64,000 nucleotides of DNA, from contig JBCNVB010000018.1 in NCBI GenBank assembly GCA_039630415.1, positions 64,001 to 128,000 of the forward strand, given 5' to 3'. Each line of letters opens with the position of its first letter. The first letter of the stretch is position 1. The notes beneath the pieces are model-generated. The model was not told the origin of the DNA, did no database searches, and was given only the letters and a program-made list of their open reading frames with translations. Origin of the DNA: a bacterium. Its GTDB lineage: Bacteria > DRYD01. A program made the position numbers and the translations under genes. Positions 37,577 through 46,938 of the stretch are shown one piece after another.

Positions 37577-37648
37577 GGGCCCCTAGCTCAACGGCAGAGC
37601 ATGCGGCTCATAACCGCAGGGTTCTAGGTTCGAATCCTGGGGGGCCCA
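37577..37648 (+). tRNA. tRNA with CAT anticodon, probably tRNA-Ile2 (lysidine); CCA not fully encoded
   Basis: Acceptor GGGCCCC/GGGGCCC, anticodon arm TGCGG-CTCATAA-CCGCA, T arm CTAGG-TTCGAAT-CCTGG, discriminator A then CCT. G1-C72 pair excludes an initiator tRNA. Confidence 0.93.
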
Positions 37649-37657
37649 CCTCACAAA

Positions 37658-38314
37658 GTGATAATACCTATAAACCATCCCATAGCACAAATAAAACTCT
37701 CCATCCTAAGAGATAAAAACACAAATCCAGACCTATTTAGAAAATCACTAGAAGAATTATCTTACATATTCGTATTCTATTGCTTTGAAAAAGCAGAATT
37801 AGAAACATTAACTATTCAAACCCCCTTAGACGAAACCATAGGTTTTAAACTCAAAGAAAAATACATTATAATACCTATCCTACGAGCAGGACTAGGACTC
37901 CTACCCGCATTCACAAAACTTATACCAGATATTATTGTCGGAATAATAGGATTATCCAGAGATGAAAATACATTAGAACCTACACAATACTACACAAATC
38001 TACCATCCAACCTATCTGACTTCGTTGCGATAATTTTAGAACCCATGATAGCAACAGGAGGAAGCATAAGAAAAGCAATAGAAATACTCATACAAAGAAA
38101 AGCACAAAAAATTAAAGTCTGCTCCATAATCGCATATGAAAAATCTATAATAGAACTGAATGAAAAATTTCCTTTTGTAGAATTTTTCGTTCTTTCAATT
38201 GATAAATCTCTGAACTCACGAGGATATATAGTTCCTGGTCTGGGAGATGCCGGAGATAGAACTTTCGGCACACTCATAAACTCACAAGTATATATAAAAG
38301 GTAATCAATATTAA
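37658..38314 (+). CDS. upp: Uracil phosphoribosyltransferase
   Basis: PILRAGLG, EPMIATGGS, GYIVPGLGDAGDRTFGT. Confidence 0.96.
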   Translation: MIIPINHPIAQIKLSILRDKNTNPDLFRKSLEELSYIFVFYCFEKAELETLTIQTPLDETIGFKLKEKYIIIPILRAGLGLLPAFTKLIPDIIVGIIGLSRDENTLEPTQYYTNLPSNLSDFVAIILEPMIATGGSIRKAIEILIQRKAQKIKVCSIIAYEKSIIELNEKFPFVEFFVLSIDKSLNSRGYIVPGLGDAGDRTFGTLINSQVYIKGNQY

Positions 38315-38982
38315 GGACCAATTCTTGTAACAGACAGATTATCTAAAAAGTCCCTTATCTTATTTATTAACTCTTCCCTATCACTTCGATTATCTCTATA
38401 AAATTTTTCATCAGTTTCAACAATCATTATAGGGATATTTAGGTTAAACTTGTTGTGGCAAAGGAATTCATCATAGTATTTATTTAAGCCTCTTATATAA
38501 TCAATGCTAATACCATCACGCTGTAATTCTATTTCTCTCGATCTTTGAAGTATTCTTTGATAAAGAGTTTCAGGTTTAGCTCTCAAGTATAGAATAAAGG
38601 TAGGCTTTTTTAATAATTTTTCAGTTAGAAAATCAAACCACTTAGTATAACTTCTCCACTCCCTATCATTCATATAACCATGTTCATATAAATACCTAGC
38701 AAAGACATACCTATCTGAATAAACAGACCTTTCTAAAAGTAGATTTTCAGTCGTGTTACTCTGCGCTTCCATATGTCTTATAGCTCTTATAGTGAAAAAT
38801 TCCCACTGAGTAGAGTAAGCCCATCTTTTTTTATCTTGATAAAACAAATCCAGAAAATTATTTTCATACCAAGGTTCATCAACAGGTAAAAAACCCAATT
38901 CCTGAGAAATAATGTTTAAAACCGTAGTTTTGTAAGCCCCTATGTTTCCATCAACTACTGCAAACACTCTACATCCCCCCAT
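38311..38982 (-). CDS. Deoxynucleoside kinase
   Basis: DGNIGAYKTT P-loop, ERSVYSDRYVF, RILQRSREIE lid. Confidence 0.93.
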   Translation of the reverse strand: MGGCRVFAVVDGNIGAYKTTVLNIISQELGFLPVDEPWYENNFLDLFYQDKKRWAYSTQWEFFTIRAIRHMEAQSNTTENLLLERSVYSDRYVFARYLYEHGYMNDREWRSYTKWFDFLTEKLLKKPTFILYLRAKPETLYQRILQRSREIELQRDGISIDYIRGLNKYYDEFLCHNKFNLNIPIMIVETDEKFYRDNRSDREELINKIRDFLDNLSVTRIGP

Positions 38983-38999
38983 CTTCTACCACTTCCTTT

Positions 39000-40733
39000 T
39001 TATACAAATATAGCTCCAAACAAACCCAATACAAAACTAATAATATACAGAATAAATATTGCAGCTAACCAAATAAACCTGAAGTAAGATCTGTATGTTT
39101 TACCTTCCTTGGTTTTAATTTCAATAACTTCTATATAAGGGAAAAGAGATCTTCTATAGTAGCCTTTTATTGTAGCTTCTTGCCCTATTAATCCCTTGGT
39201 TATAAAAAATCCGTACATTAAATCACCAAAAGATATACCTGTTTTATAGTCTACATATATAAATCCGGTATTGTCCCTAAGTAATACGTCCTCAGAAAGA
39301 ATAAATCCTGCTTGTTCCCTACCAATTATCTGTCCTTCTATGATTGATGGAATTGATCTTACAATTGAAACTTTAGTTTTACAAAGAAGATCAAAGATAT
39401 TATATTCTTTAAATTTACCTGAGTAGGTAAAAATCCACTTTAAAAGGCTACCTGTAGCAGCACCAGCAAGTATAAAAGCAAAGAACACAGAAGGCTTAAG
39501 CATGATCAAACAAGGACTACTTATCAAAGCCCCTACCAAAGAACCTATTATTGGAGCATATTCAAAGAAAAAGTCTATTAAAAATTCATCCCATAGCGAA
39601 CCAGGTAATATATCCACTCCACCTGTATTTTCTATTTGTATTTGTCTTGGAACCTCTATATGGAAAGGAAGCCCCATTTCTGCAGCTATATTAGATAGAC
39701 TTTTTATTCTTTTGGCTATTAAAGGGTGCGTAGATTGTAGTTCAAGAACAGATGCCCAAGGATTGAATAAGTCCCAAGCCATAATTTTGCTAATAGCACT
39801 TGTAGTTTTACTAATTACTTCATCCAAAGTAACTTCTATAGCTGAAACTCCTAGAGTACCAGAATTCAAAGCTGCTATACTTATCCCTCTTGCTTGTTTA
39901 TAATCCATCAAACCTAGCACTTTGAAAGGAGAATTTAATATACTTCTACCACCTTTACTTTTCTCCTGCTCCCTGCTCTCTTTACTCTCAGGATTGAAGT
40001 TCAGTAATCCATAACCTATTTTAATTAAAGCAGTTGCTAATGCATTAGGATTACGTGTTGTATATGCAGAAAACCTATCCGCTCCATACTCCCTCAATCT
40101 TGAAAGATACAAAACCAAATACTCACTTATGATATAGAAGATATATGTGAATATCACAAATAAGATAAGTAATCCCTGATTTCTTCTAGCTTGTGAAAGC
40201 ATATCAGAACTAACAGAGTATATATAGTAAATAATCATAGGTACAATCGTGGCTAAAGTCATAAAAACAAAATCATAGTGAAATATGTGTCCCATTTCAT
40301 GGGCAAAAACAGCCTTTAACTCTTCTTCGTCCATTATCTTAAATAATCCCCTACTAACAATTATTCTTGCATTAGATGGGAAATTACCATATGTGAATGC
40401 TGTAGGAGTATCATCCTCTATTATTCCTATTCTTGGTGGTCTTAAATTGTTTTTAGCATAATAGCTTCTTATAAACTCCCTTACACTATCATAAGGGATT
40501 TCATTTATAGTTACAAAATTACATCTATACAAAAGTCTCAAGACAATATCATATACAAACGGTGAGAGGAAAAAGTGAAAAATTATTATTACAAGAGTAA
40601 TTAACACCGAAATTCCTATAGAAAAAACACCAAATAAACCATACAGCCCTGAAATCAACACAAAAACAGTAATAAGAATGAATATCATGAAATACATGCT
40701 AAATAGTATACCTGCTGACAGAACAATAAACAT
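39000..40733 (-). CDS. M48-family (HtpX-like) zinc metalloprotease with C-terminal membrane extension
   Basis: PTAFTYG, HEMGH, LSRLREYGAD, STHPLIAKRI. Confidence 0.9.
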   Translation of the reverse strand: MFIVLSAGILFSMYFMIFILITVFVLISGLYGLFGVFSIGISVLITLVIIIFHFFLSPFVYDIVLRLLYRCNFVTINEIPYDSVREFIRSYYAKNNLRPPRIGIIEDDTPTAFTYGNFPSNARIIVSRGLFKIMDEEELKAVFAHEMGHIFHYDFVFMTLATIVPMIIYYIYSVSSDMLSQARRNQGLLILFVIFTYIFYIISEYLVLYLSRLREYGADRFSAYTTRNPNALATALIKIGYGLLNFNPESKESREQEKSKGGRSILNSPFKVLGLMDYKQARGISIAALNSGTLGVSAIEVTLDEVISKTTSAISKIMAWDLFNPWASVLELQSTHPLIAKRIKSLSNIAAEMGLPFHIEVPRQIQIENTGGVDILPGSLWDEFLIDFFFEYAPIIGSLVGALISSPCLIMLKPSVFFAFILAGAATGSLLKWIFTYSGKFKEYNIFDLLCKTKVSIVRSIPSIIEGQIIGREQAGFILSEDVLLRDNTGFIYVDYKTGISFGDLMYGFFITKGLIGQEATIKGYYRRSLFPYIEVIEIKTKEGKTYRSYFRFIWLAAIFILYIISFVLGLFGAIFV

Positions 40734-40736
40734 GAT

Positions 40737-42056
40737 TTACTTACCCCCCACTACACAGTATATTGTATTCGTTTTTATGGGTTGTTCTGAAAAAATAAGT
40801 GCCTTTTGTGTTATCTCAAGAGCTTTTTCTAGAGATTTACTATCTTTTGCATAAAGCTTCATTATAGTTTGTCCTTCATTAACATACTGTCCAGCTTCCA
40901 CATTTAGTATAATACCAGCATTATTATCTACTTTATCTTCTATCGTTTTCCTGCTTAATCCCAACTCCCCAGATGCTAGTCCAAGTAAGTAAGTATCAAA
41001 ATGTACAAATCCATTCGAAGGAGATTTATATTCATACTCTATTTTGGGTCCAAAATAGGAGTAAGGATCATCTATTATATTTGCTTGACCACCTTGATTT
41101 TGGATAATTTGCCTAAATTTTTCTATAGCTTCACCCGTATTTATTAGTTTTTCTACCAACTGGTATACTTCCTCTTTAACTTTTTCGGAATATTCTATAT
41201 TATTTGCTAAACAGTGAATAAGGGATATTACAGAAAAACATACCTCTTTTAATCGAGAATACTTATTATAGTTACCTTTAAGAAAGTCTATGGAGGATAT
41301 TATTTCAAGATAGTTGCCAATATGATTATTTAGTGGCTGATTCATATCAGTTATAATAGCTGCACATTTTTTACCAAACTTTTGTGCTATGGATATCATA
41401 GCGTTTGATAATTCAAGTGCTTGTTGATAATCTCTCATAAAAGCTCCATTTCCTACTTTTACATCAAGTATTATTACGTCTGCATTAGCGGCTATTTTTT
41501 TACTCATTATACTTGAGGCTATTAGAGGTATACTGTCTACATTCGCTGTTACATCCCTTAGAGCGTATATTTTTTTGTCCGCTGGCGCTAAATTCAAAGG
41601 TTGACTTATAAATCCACCTACACTTTTTAAACTCTCCATCATATGATCCAACGTCAAGCCGGTTCTTAAATTAGGTATTGATTCCATTTTATCAATGGTC
41701 CCACCAGTATGTCCCAGTGATCTACCAGAAAGTTTAGGAACTTTATATCCTAAACAACAAAGTAAAGGCACCACAATAATGCTAACACTATCCCCTACCC
41801 CACCAGTAGAATGTTTGTCTACTTTTATACCCTGAATATCCTTGTAATCTACCACTACTCCCGTATCAATCATTGCTTTTGTAAAAGCGAATATCTCCTC
41901 TTCATTCATACCATGAATAACTGTACTGGTTAAAAAAGCAGACATTTGGTAATCAGGAATATTACCATAATAATACCCCTTGACAATAAAATCTATCTCT
42001 TGATAACTTAAATTTAGACCTAATCTTTTTCTTCTCAATATATCGTAGATATTCAT
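40737..42056 (-). CDS. pdp: Pyrimidine-nucleoside/thymidine phosphorylase
   Basis: DKHSTGGVGD, SGRSLGHTGGT, IASSIMSKK. Likely start ATG 42056 (ATGA overlap). Confidence 0.95.
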   Translation of the reverse strand: MNIYDILRRKRLGLNLSYQEIDFIVKGYYYGNIPDYQMSAFLTSTVIHGMNEEEIFAFTKAMIDTGVVVDYKDIQGIKVDKHSTGGVGDSVSIIVVPLLCCLGYKVPKLSGRSLGHTGGTIDKMESIPNLRTGLTLDHMMESLKSVGGFISQPLNLAPADKKIYALRDVTANVDSIPLIASSIMSKKIAANADVIILDVKVGNGAFMRDYQQALELSNAMISIAQKFGKKCAAIITDMNQPLNNHIGNYLEIISSIDFLKGNYNKYSRLKEVCFSVISLIHCLANNIEYSEKVKEEVYQLVEKLINTGEAIEKFRQIIQNQGGQANIIDDPYSYFGPKIEYEYKSPSNGFVHFDTYLLGLASGELGLSRKTIEDKVDNNAGIILNVEAGQYVNEGQTIMKLYAKDSKSLEKALEITQKALIFSEQPIKTNTIYCVVGGK

Positions 42057-44104
42057 TCTGTTGTATTTTCCCAAGGGAAAGTATTGTGATCTACAGTAGT
42101 AGTAGTTTGCGCTTGTTGTTGCGTATTATTATTTCTTGTAACTTCAGTTTGGTAATTTTGGTTATTTTCGTTTTGATTAGTTGTTGTTTGTTGAATCTTA
42201 TTATTTTCTATTGACTTGGTTTCCTGTTGAGCAGATTGTTGATCTATTTTTACAAAACTAGGTTTTGATTTTTGGGGTTTATAGTATTTGTAGCAAGCCA
42301 GGATAGATTTTCTCCATATTTCCACTGGCAAGGTAGCCCCATAGACATTATACAGTGGGCTATAATCATCATTTCCTACCCATACCACGCAGGTAAAATC
42401 ATCGGTAAATCCTGAATACCAAGCATCCCTATGATCACTAGTAGTACCAGTTTTACCGTAACAGTTTATGCCTTCTATTCTAGCGTTGTAACCAGTTCCT
42501 CTGTCTACCACTGCTTTCATAAGATCTCTCATATCCTTTGCTACCTGATATGGTAGTACTCTTTCGTATTTTTCTTTATGATAAAACATTATTCCTCCAT
42601 ATCTGTCCTCCACTTTGTAAACAAACTGTGGCTGTATAATATATCCATAGTTTGCTATTACACTTGTCAAAGTAGCTACTTCTAGGACTGACAATACAGA
42701 AGATCCCAAAGCAGTGGACAAATATGGTTCTAGATTAGATTTTACCCCCATTTTTTTAGCTGTTTCTATCACTTTATCTATCCCTATTTGACTTGATAAA
42801 TATACAGCGATAGTATTTCTAGAAAAAGCGAAAGAATCTATTAAGCTCATTCTACCCCAATATTTACCATCCCAATTAACCGGCGAATAAGAGCTAGTAC
42901 CACTTCCATAGGTATACAATCTATCATAAACTACTGTGTTAGGGGAAAAACCATTTTCAAGAGCAGCTGTATAGACAACTATTTTAAATACTGACCCTGG
43001 TTGCCTATAAGCTTGATAAGCCCTGTTAAACTGATCAGAGATTCTATATTCGTATCCTCCAACTAAAGCAAGTACTCTTCCAGTGTAATTTTCTATAACT
43101 ACTACAGCAGCCTGATTTACATTATTAGCTTTCCTATTTTTATCTATTTCTTCCTTAACAATCTTTTGGATATCTTGTTGGATTCTTGTGTCCAAATTTA
43201 GATAAATTCTTAGCCCCATGGTTTTTAAATACTCATTATCAACATCAGTAATTTTCTTGAAATTTTGTACCACATAGTTGACATAATATGGATATAACAC
43301 ATTATTTTGATCAAGTGTTTCTCTTTTTAGCCTTATTGGATACTCTACATATTTTTTGTATTCTAAAGGTGATATGTATTTAAGTTCAAGAAGCCTTCTT
43401 AGCACGTATAATTGCCTTTTACGAGCCATCTTGTAGTTTATGTAAGGCGAGTAAACAGAAGGAGCTGGTAGAAGACCAATTATCATTGCCGCTTCAGGTA
43501 TGTTTAGTTGGGACACAGATTTGGCAAAATATACTCTTGATGCTGCCTCTATTCCATAAGCTCCTTCCCCAAAGTATACTAGATTCAAATACATTTCCAT
43601 TATTTCCTGCTTGGAAAAACTTTTTTCTAATTCAACAGCTAGAACAGCTTCCCTTATTTTTCTTCTAATACTAAGCTCAGGACTTAGGAAAAGTATTCTA
43701 GCTAACTGCTGGGTTATAGTACTTCCTCCTTGGGTAACTTGCTTATTCAATGCTATGTCTATGATACTCCTCACTACAGCTATAAAATCCACCCCTCTAT
43801 GTATATAAAATCTTTCATCCTCAGAAGCTATAAGGCATATTTTTACTGAATTTGGTATACTAGATATTGGAACCCAATATCTATTTTCAACGTATAATTT
43901 AGCTACTTTTTGACCATCTAGAGAAAAAAACTCACTTGATTGAACCGGTATTTTTTTCCTTATCTGTTTAACATCAACTACATCCTTTTGGGCTTCCTTT
44001 ATTAATCCCAATACAAAGTAAGTTACAAAGAAAACACATACAATAATCAAAAAGGCTATTACCTTGAATATTCCTACTATCAAACTAATGATTTTTCTTA
44101 GCAT
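42053..44104 (-). CDS. Class A penicillin-binding protein (PBP1A family)
   Basis: EDERFY.H.G, GGSTITQQL, SVFK, SRN, KTGT; Q/N/T-rich C-terminal tail. Confidence 0.95.
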   Translation of the reverse strand: MLRKIISLIVGIFKVIAFLIIVCVFFVTYFVLGLIKEAQKDVVDVKQIRKKIPVQSSEFFSLDGQKVAKLYVENRYWVPISSIPNSVKICLIASEDERFYIHRGVDFIAVVRSIIDIALNKQVTQGGSTITQQLARILFLSPELSIRRKIREAVLAVELEKSFSKQEIMEMYLNLVYFGEGAYGIEAASRVYFAKSVSQLNIPEAAMIIGLLPAPSVYSPYINYKMARKRQLYVLRRLLELKYISPLEYKKYVEYPIRLKRETLDQNNVLYPYYVNYVVQNFKKITDVDNEYLKTMGLRIYLNLDTRIQQDIQKIVKEEIDKNRKANNVNQAAVVVIENYTGRVLALVGGYEYRISDQFNRAYQAYRQPGSVFKIVVYTAALENGFSPNTVVYDRLYTYGSGTSSYSPVNWDGKYWGRMSLIDSFAFSRNTIAVYLSSQIGIDKVIETAKKMGVKSNLEPYLSTALGSSVLSVLEVATLTSVIANYGYIIQPQFVYKVEDRYGGIMFYHKEKYERVLPYQVAKDMRDLMKAVVDRGTGYNARIEGINCYGKTGTTSDHRDAWYSGFTDDFTCVVWVGNDDYSPLYNVYGATLPVEIWRKSILACYKYYKPQKSKPSFVKIDQQSAQQETKSIENNKIQQTTTNQNENNQNYQTEVTRNNNTQQQAQTTTTVDHNTFPWENTTE

Positions 44105-44477
44105 AAGAAATGAATACAGGTATAAGCTTTTCGAAATTTTTTCTACAATATTTCTTTGCTAATCTGATATATACATGAACTAGCACTTTTTCGGGTATTT
44201 GAGAAGCTTTTATTTCACAGTATAGTAGTAAAAGCAATGCTCTTTCCATATAATTCATAACAAAATAATCTGATCTGTATATAATTTCCCATACCCCCTG
44301 GTTATATTTATGGTAGTTTTCAATCAAATTACCTAGTACTTGTCTAAAGTAAGTAGAAAGGTATAAAGGAAGAAAAAACTTTTGGTAGTATAGAAACTGA
44401 AGGACCGTTCCTAGAGCAATTTCTCGTTGGTATTTTTGAGAATATTTCTGATTATCTTTTGATAGTTGGCTCGACAT
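44085..44477 (-). CDS. nusB: Divergent NusB-like protein
   Basis: REIAL..LQFLY, ERALLLLLYCEI, IPEKV....IRLAKKY follow the NusB motif order; 130 aa. Confidence 0.62.
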   Translation of the reverse strand: MSSQLSKDNQKYSQKYQREIALGTVLQFLYYQKFFLPLYLSTYFRQVLGNLIENYHKYNQGVWEIIYRSDYFVMNYMERALLLLLYCEIKASQIPEKVLVHVYIRLAKKYCRKNFEKLIPVFISYAKKNH

Positions 44478-46938
44478 TATATTTTCTCATTAAATCACTT
44501 ACCATTTTTTGAATATCTTTTTCATCCCTATCTACCAGGATAATTTGAATGGTAATTTTTCCATTTTCCACTTTAGCTCCTACAGCCTCCATAAGAATTA
44601 AGTTATGGTATATATCGTTTATCATTTTTTGTGTTTTATCATCTATATTTGCCTCGATTCTCATTATGGCGTGTTTGTAGTTATTTTTTATGGTATTGTA
44701 GTATTCTTCGAGTTTATCCATAGAGTATACAAAAGGTGGAATTTTAAACTCCATAGTTGCTTTTAGCTGAGCATCCTTCTGTACTTGCCCAATAGGTTGC
44801 TTTTCTTGTTTTTGTGTTTGATCAGTCTGGATTGTTTGCTGTGGAGTTTGTTGTACAGTTTGTTGTGGAGTTTGTTGTACAGTTTGCTGTGAATTATCTT
44901 GAGTTACATCCACTAAAACCTTAACTCCTGCTATAGTAGTTTTATTTTTGCCTGTTTTCTTAGAATAGTAAAGAGCTTCGTCAGCTGCCTTTATTATTTC
45001 TTCTACATTTTTACCATGATCAGGGAAAGTTGCTAATCCTAAAGAAATCGTTATTACAGTAGGTACATTTTCGAATTTTCTTGATGAAACCTCCTGTCTA
45101 ATTCTTTCAGCTATTTCATAAGCCTTTTCAGTAGGAGTATTAGGTATTATTATTCCTATTTCTTCTCCACCATACCTGAAAGGCCAATCAAAAAATTCTC
45201 TAGCTGCAGCTTTGAAAACCTTAGCAACTACTCTTAAAACTTCGTCTCCTACTTGGTGACCATAGGTATCATTAAATTTCTTAAAATTATCTATATCACA
45301 AAGTATGTAAGATAATTTTTGATTATTTTTTGATGCTTTTTCAAGTTCTTCTTCCATTTTTTGGTACATAAAACGACGATTATATAACCTTGTTAGTTCA
45401 TCCAAATAAGCTACTTCCTTGAATCTAATAGAAACTATATCATTACTTATTTCTTCCAATACCTCTTTTATTACTTCCTTGTATGTTCTTAAGTTTTGAA
45501 GTATTTTATTTTCTTCAGTTTCAGTTAAAGCCTGAATGAATATTAAGCTTTGAAGTAGACCCTTACTAACACATGGCAAGATAAAATGCATCTTCTGCTT
45601 TTTGAAGTTAACAATATTTTTACCCCCAAACCAGTCGTAGAAAGTTGGATTGGATTGGATAGATAATAAGTGTACCGGTGTATTAGAGTATTCCGATAGC
45701 CAAGCTGAATATTTTGGGAATATATACAAAACATCTGGTAAATCATCCGAAGCATTATTGAAGTAACAGTATAATACATTATCCTTTCTAGGGTCAGTAA
45801 TGTAGATCGCCATCCTTGCATTAAAACCTAATATATTATTGTTGAAAAATTCATAAACTAAACTTATGAAGATATCCAAGTTCTCCGCTTTTATTGATAC
45901 AGCTTCCTGATATACCTTTTTGATGTTTTCTATCTTTCTTTTCGCTTGTTTATTTTTCCTTTCATTGTATAAATATAAAGCAGCTATAATACAGGAAACC
46001 AATAACAAAATTGTTACCGCAATTACAGCATATCTAGTAGTATTTCTTGTTTCTATTTCTTTTTTGATAATCAATATTTCTTCATCTTTAGTATCCTGAA
46101 AAGTTTGCTTTATAATCTCATAAGCCTGTTTGTATTTTTTTAACGCATGCAGTATTTTTACCTTTAGTTTAAGATATTCTTGGTTTTCCGGATACTTAGC
46201 AAGTATCTTTTCAATTTGTTCCAAAGCCTTTTGATAATATCCTTGTTTATAATTTAGAACAGCTATTAAGTAGAACGATTTTTCATCAACCAGCAGGTAT
46301 TGGTACTTGGAAGCAAATTCAGAAGCTTTATTCAAATCCTCATTTTCTATATAGAGTTTAAGTATTAAGTAGGCGAAATCTTTATTTAGATATCCCTTGG
46401 ATATTATTCTATCGGTCATTTTAATGGCTTCTTGGAAATCTTTCTTTGATATATAGATGTCCAGTAAAAGAATCATAGAAGGTATATACGATGGGTTATT
46501 TTGTAACGATTTTTTCAAATTGTACTCCGCAGAAGCAAAGTCTCCTAAACTGTGATAAACCCATCCCTTGTAGTAATATGCTCTTGCATCATAAAAATCA
46601 ATATTGTTTATTATGTAATCAGCATACTTTAATATTTCATTGTATATTTTTTGCTTGTCCGAAGAAACGTATATGTTTCTTATAAGTATTTCTGTTAGAA
46701 GGTAAAAGGCATTCTTGTTTTTGTTGTTCAAATTCTTTATTATATGGACACATATGATATAAGCTGATTTATCATCAAATTTTTTGTAGTACTGAACAGC
46801 CATATTATACAATTCTTCCTCGCTTTTTCCCTCCAAATCTTTAACGTCTATACCAAAACCAGTACTACATAGTAGCACTATAAAATTGAAAATTAGTAGC
46901 AAACTTATAGTTACTCTGCTAAGCGTGTTTTTGATCAT
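44452..46938 (-). CDS. Membrane-anchored diguanylate cyclase: signal peptide, TPR region, TM helix, GAF-like segment, GGDEF, Q/T linker, small C-terminal domain
   Basis: DELTRLYNRR, DIDNFKKFNDTYGHQVGD, RYGGEEI, ADEALYYSKKTGKN; N-terminal TPR-like helices. Confidence 0.92.
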   Translation of the reverse strand: MIKNTLSRVTISLLLIFNFIVLLCSTGFGIDVKDLEGKSEEELYNMAVQYYKKFDDKSAYIICVHIIKNLNNKNKNAFYLLTEILIRNIYVSSDKQKIYNEILKYADYIINNIDFYDARAYYYKGWVYHSLGDFASAEYNLKKSLQNNPSYIPSMILLLDIYISKKDFQEAIKMTDRIISKGYLNKDFAYLILKLYIENEDLNKASEFASKYQYLLVDEKSFYLIAVLNYKQGYYQKALEQIEKILAKYPENQEYLKLKVKILHALKKYKQAYEIIKQTFQDTKDEEILIIKKEIETRNTTRYAVIAVTILLLVSCIIAALYLYNERKNKQAKRKIENIKKVYQEAVSIKAENLDIFISLVYEFFNNNILGFNARMAIYITDPRKDNVLYCYFNNASDDLPDVLYIFPKYSAWLSEYSNTPVHLLSIQSNPTFYDWFGGKNIVNFKKQKMHFILPCVSKGLLQSLIFIQALTETEENKILQNLRTYKEVIKEVLEEISNDIVSIRFKEVAYLDELTRLYNRRFMYQKMEEELEKASKNNQKLSYILCDIDNFKKFNDTYGHQVGDEVLRVVAKVFKAAAREFFDWPFRYGGEEIGIIIPNTPTEKAYEIAERIRQEVSSRKFENVPTVITISLGLATFPDHGKNVEEIIKAADEALYYSKKTGKNKTTIAGVKVLVDVTQDNSQQTVQQTPQQTVQQTPQQTIQTDQTQKQEKQPIGQVQKDAQLKATMEFKIPPFVYSMDKLEEYYNTIKNNYKHAIMRIEANIDDKTQKMINDIYHNLILMEAVGAKVENGKITIQIILVDRDEKDIQKMVSDLMRKYNVEPTIKR
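44834..44890. repeat. 24-nt in-frame tandem repeat (QQTVQQTP) within the GGDEF gene
   Basis: tgtggagtttgttgtacagtttg(t/c) at 44840-44863 and 44864-44887, plus partial flanks. Confidence 0.85.

Noticed and set aside
44834-44890. Tandem repeat as a CRISPR-like array
   Set aside because: It is an in-frame coding repeat with no spacers, and there are no cas genes in the window.
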